A DNA stretch of 62,682 bases, counting the filler, from Sphacelaria rigidula (taxonomy: Eukaryota), in NCBI GenBank assembly GCA_964200075.2. It is 11 parts of 11 records of this genome, joined end to end, with 100 filler letters (N's around TTAATTAATTAA, not from the genome) between each part and the next. Parts side by side here need not be neighbours in the genome. Positions count along the whole stretch, not along the records: positions 57,076 to 62,682 come from CAXNAA020025920.1; 10 more parts are not named here. The stretch is one strand, 5' to 3'. Numbering within the stretch: position 1 is the stretch's first letter; every line of letters begins with the position of its first letter. Below are positions 60,570 to 62,682 of the stretch, in pieces. The notes below the pieces were generated by a model that had not been told where the DNA came from, did no database searches, and saw only the letters and a program-made list of their open reading frames with translations. The position numbers and the translations under genes are program-made.

Positions 60570-61197
60570 GTTTAGATTTGAGGGGGTGAAGACGGCGGAT
60601 TTTACTATGTAGTGGCATATTCTTAACGGTCCAGGGCGTCCAGAGGTTACGAAATGATGAACGGAACAAGTAGATGTTTCAGTATCTGCCTATACATTAC
60701 TCCGTAGTGTCGACACGAGGATAGTGATTGTCGTTCATTGCTGCGAATGCCAGGCTTTGACACTGTTGCTGCTGCAGTTCCCGTTGCGTTGGGATAGAAG
60801 GGGATTTCACGTCGTCCTGCGTGTATGTCATGTTGCGACGGCTGAAGTTCGTTCGATTTATTTTCCCTCACATATTCTCGAGTAAGACTGGTTCAGTTCC
60901 AGCAGCAACTATATGAACTCAGGCGTTCGCATTCAGCAACGCGGCATATTATATGCCATCCTGAGCGTCACGGCACCGACAGCGGATGCTGCCGGGGTAG
61001 CGACGCTCGTCGCAGTCTACGTGAAGAAAGCAGGCTTTTACAAGGTGATGCAGTCGAATGCCCGGTACCCCGCCACGATATCTGTACATAGGGTTATACT
61101 TGTACTGTAAGTACATCTGCAATCAGAATCATTGGTTCGGCGGTCAGGGTCGGTCGTTTGTTGATATGGTGTCATGTTCCCTTCAAATTTGACTGAG

Positions 61198-61625
61198 AAC
61201 ACGGGATTTTATTAATTGGGGATGGATCGTTATTGGGGATGAGAACCCGGAGAATTAAAATCTTCGTATCCACACCAAATCTTCGAAGTATGCTTCCATT
61301 TCTTCACTTGCTGGTAGCTGTTGACAACTACTACACGCCATACAAATTTGGATTTCGATGACCGAAATGTCGGGGTCCTACATGAAGAACCAATTTTGGC
61401 CTCCGACCGGACACCTAAAATCCCCAAAATTGGTTTTCATCTAGGACCCCAACATTTCGGTTATCGAAATCCAAATTGGTACGGCGTGTAGTAGTTGTCA
61501 ATAGCTATCAGCAAGTGAAGAAGTGGAAGCATACTTCGAAGGTTTAGGGTCAGTACGAAGATTTCAATTCTCCGGGTTTTCATTCCCAACAAAAGATCCA
61601 CCCCCAATTTGTAAAATCCCGTGTT
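61198..61625. repeat. 428-bp imperfect inverted repeat (arms ~200 bp, loop ~24 nt)
   Basis: AACACGGGATTTTA...AACCAATTTTGG pairs with CCAAAATTGGTT...TAAAATCCCGTGTT. Confidence 0.95.
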
Positions 61626-62423
61626 TGAAACCCACATGGCCTACCCTGGCGGTCAAAGGCTTGACCCTTTCACGCCGAAGAGTTTGATATTTCGGTAGGA
61701 ACAGTCGCACATGACATCGATGCTTCGAGTGAAGAGTTGGCTGCATGGACTACAAGGAAGTGCTTCGCGTGCAGTCATTGGATTGGCACCGCTTGTTATG
61801 GGACCAGAAATTGCAGTAGTACCAGTCGATCATAAGTACATAATATTTCGACCCTTTTGCACCCTTTTCGCGTGAAAAGATGAACACCCGGATAATGCCC
61901 CCTGAAATGACTTGTTGTGGTGGTGTCTTGTGGGAATTTGATACTCCGTACCAACCTGGCTGATTCGCGAGAGAACATGAACCTTCTCATGCGCTTTTTT
62001 GTCAACCGAGGGTAACAACGTTTTCGTGAGATTGAGGGTAGAGCGCATATCCCTTTGAGGCCCTAGGCCAAAAAGGGTTTTACTGGACCGAAATTCAAAA
62101 AGTGTCCTATCCTATCCTACTCCCCGTGTGTCGAATGTCGACGAACGGTGAACGTACGGACGCTTCTGGTCGCAACGTCCGCGGGCGGTGGAGACGTATC
62201 TCGGCTTCCATGGTGATAAATGGAGACTGTACAGGTGCGACCTTGCACTGCTGAAATGTCTGCGCTTGCAGATCTGCGGTTCACACGGGGTTTGACAAGC
62301 GGATAAGAAGTGTTGACTCCGTATCCTGGTGCGATGGTAATTTTATGCTACAGTCTATGTACGTTGTCGTCCCATCTATTCTGGGGGTTGGTTTCAAGGC
62401 ACATATGTTCGAATTTCGTGTAG

Positions 62424-62660
62424 TGTGTGTGTTGTCGTCCCATCTATTCTGGACTCCGGTCTACACCTTTCGGTATATGTGGGCGCATCAGCCGCAGTCA
62501 CACAGGAGGAAGGTCAACACAGGAGTGTTTCTTTTTTTCTTTGTTTTTTGTACTCCACCTTCCTTCTGCGGTGCTCGCCTTTATTTTTTATCTCGAGAGG
62601 GGTTCAGCAGTCCCTTTCCCTCGGCGACCGTGCAGGCTGAGCCAGCAAAGAGTGCCGCAT
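62424..62660 (+). repeat. Dispersed repeat beginning at a (TG)n tract
   Basis: CCATCTATTCTGGAC.CCGGTCTACACCTTTCGGTATATGTGGGCGCA.CAGCCG..GTCACACAGGA.GAAGGTCAACACAGGAG also occurs at 10440-10650 (-). Confidence 0.8.
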
Positions 62661-62682
62661 TTGCATCTCCAACCATAACTCC

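Overview
This window is not one locus. It is 11 unrelated contigs of 5,607-5,608 bp in descending size order, joined by artificial 100-nt linkers (44 N + TTAATTAATTAA + 44 N), so no linkage can be read across linkers. The DNA is eukaryotic, intron-rich and repeat-rich, most likely from a brown alga (inferred from the EsV-1-7 repeats, gene structure and TE landscape). It contains host exons (P5A-type ATPase-like, ankyrin, SNF2-like), a six-exon Mutator transposase with intact phases and catalytic residues, a decayed chromodomain Ty3/Gypsy element, a deleted mariner, RTE derivatives, tRNA-SINEs and several MITEs. Four things stand out. (1) Two non-LTR retroposon families share a 3' end and insert almost only at poly(C)/poly(G) runs, including runs inside MITE terminal repeats. 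(2) Contig 4 is a compact, intronless, giant-virus-like cassette (EsV-1-7 repeat-nuclease fusion, RNase HI, XPA-C-like and ankyrin genes) ending in a 57-bp tandem array. (3) An intronless 647-aa protein carries five divergent Myb/SANT-like repeats. (4) A 428-bp fold-back lies downstream of it. All family calls come from reading motifs by eye; no searches were run.
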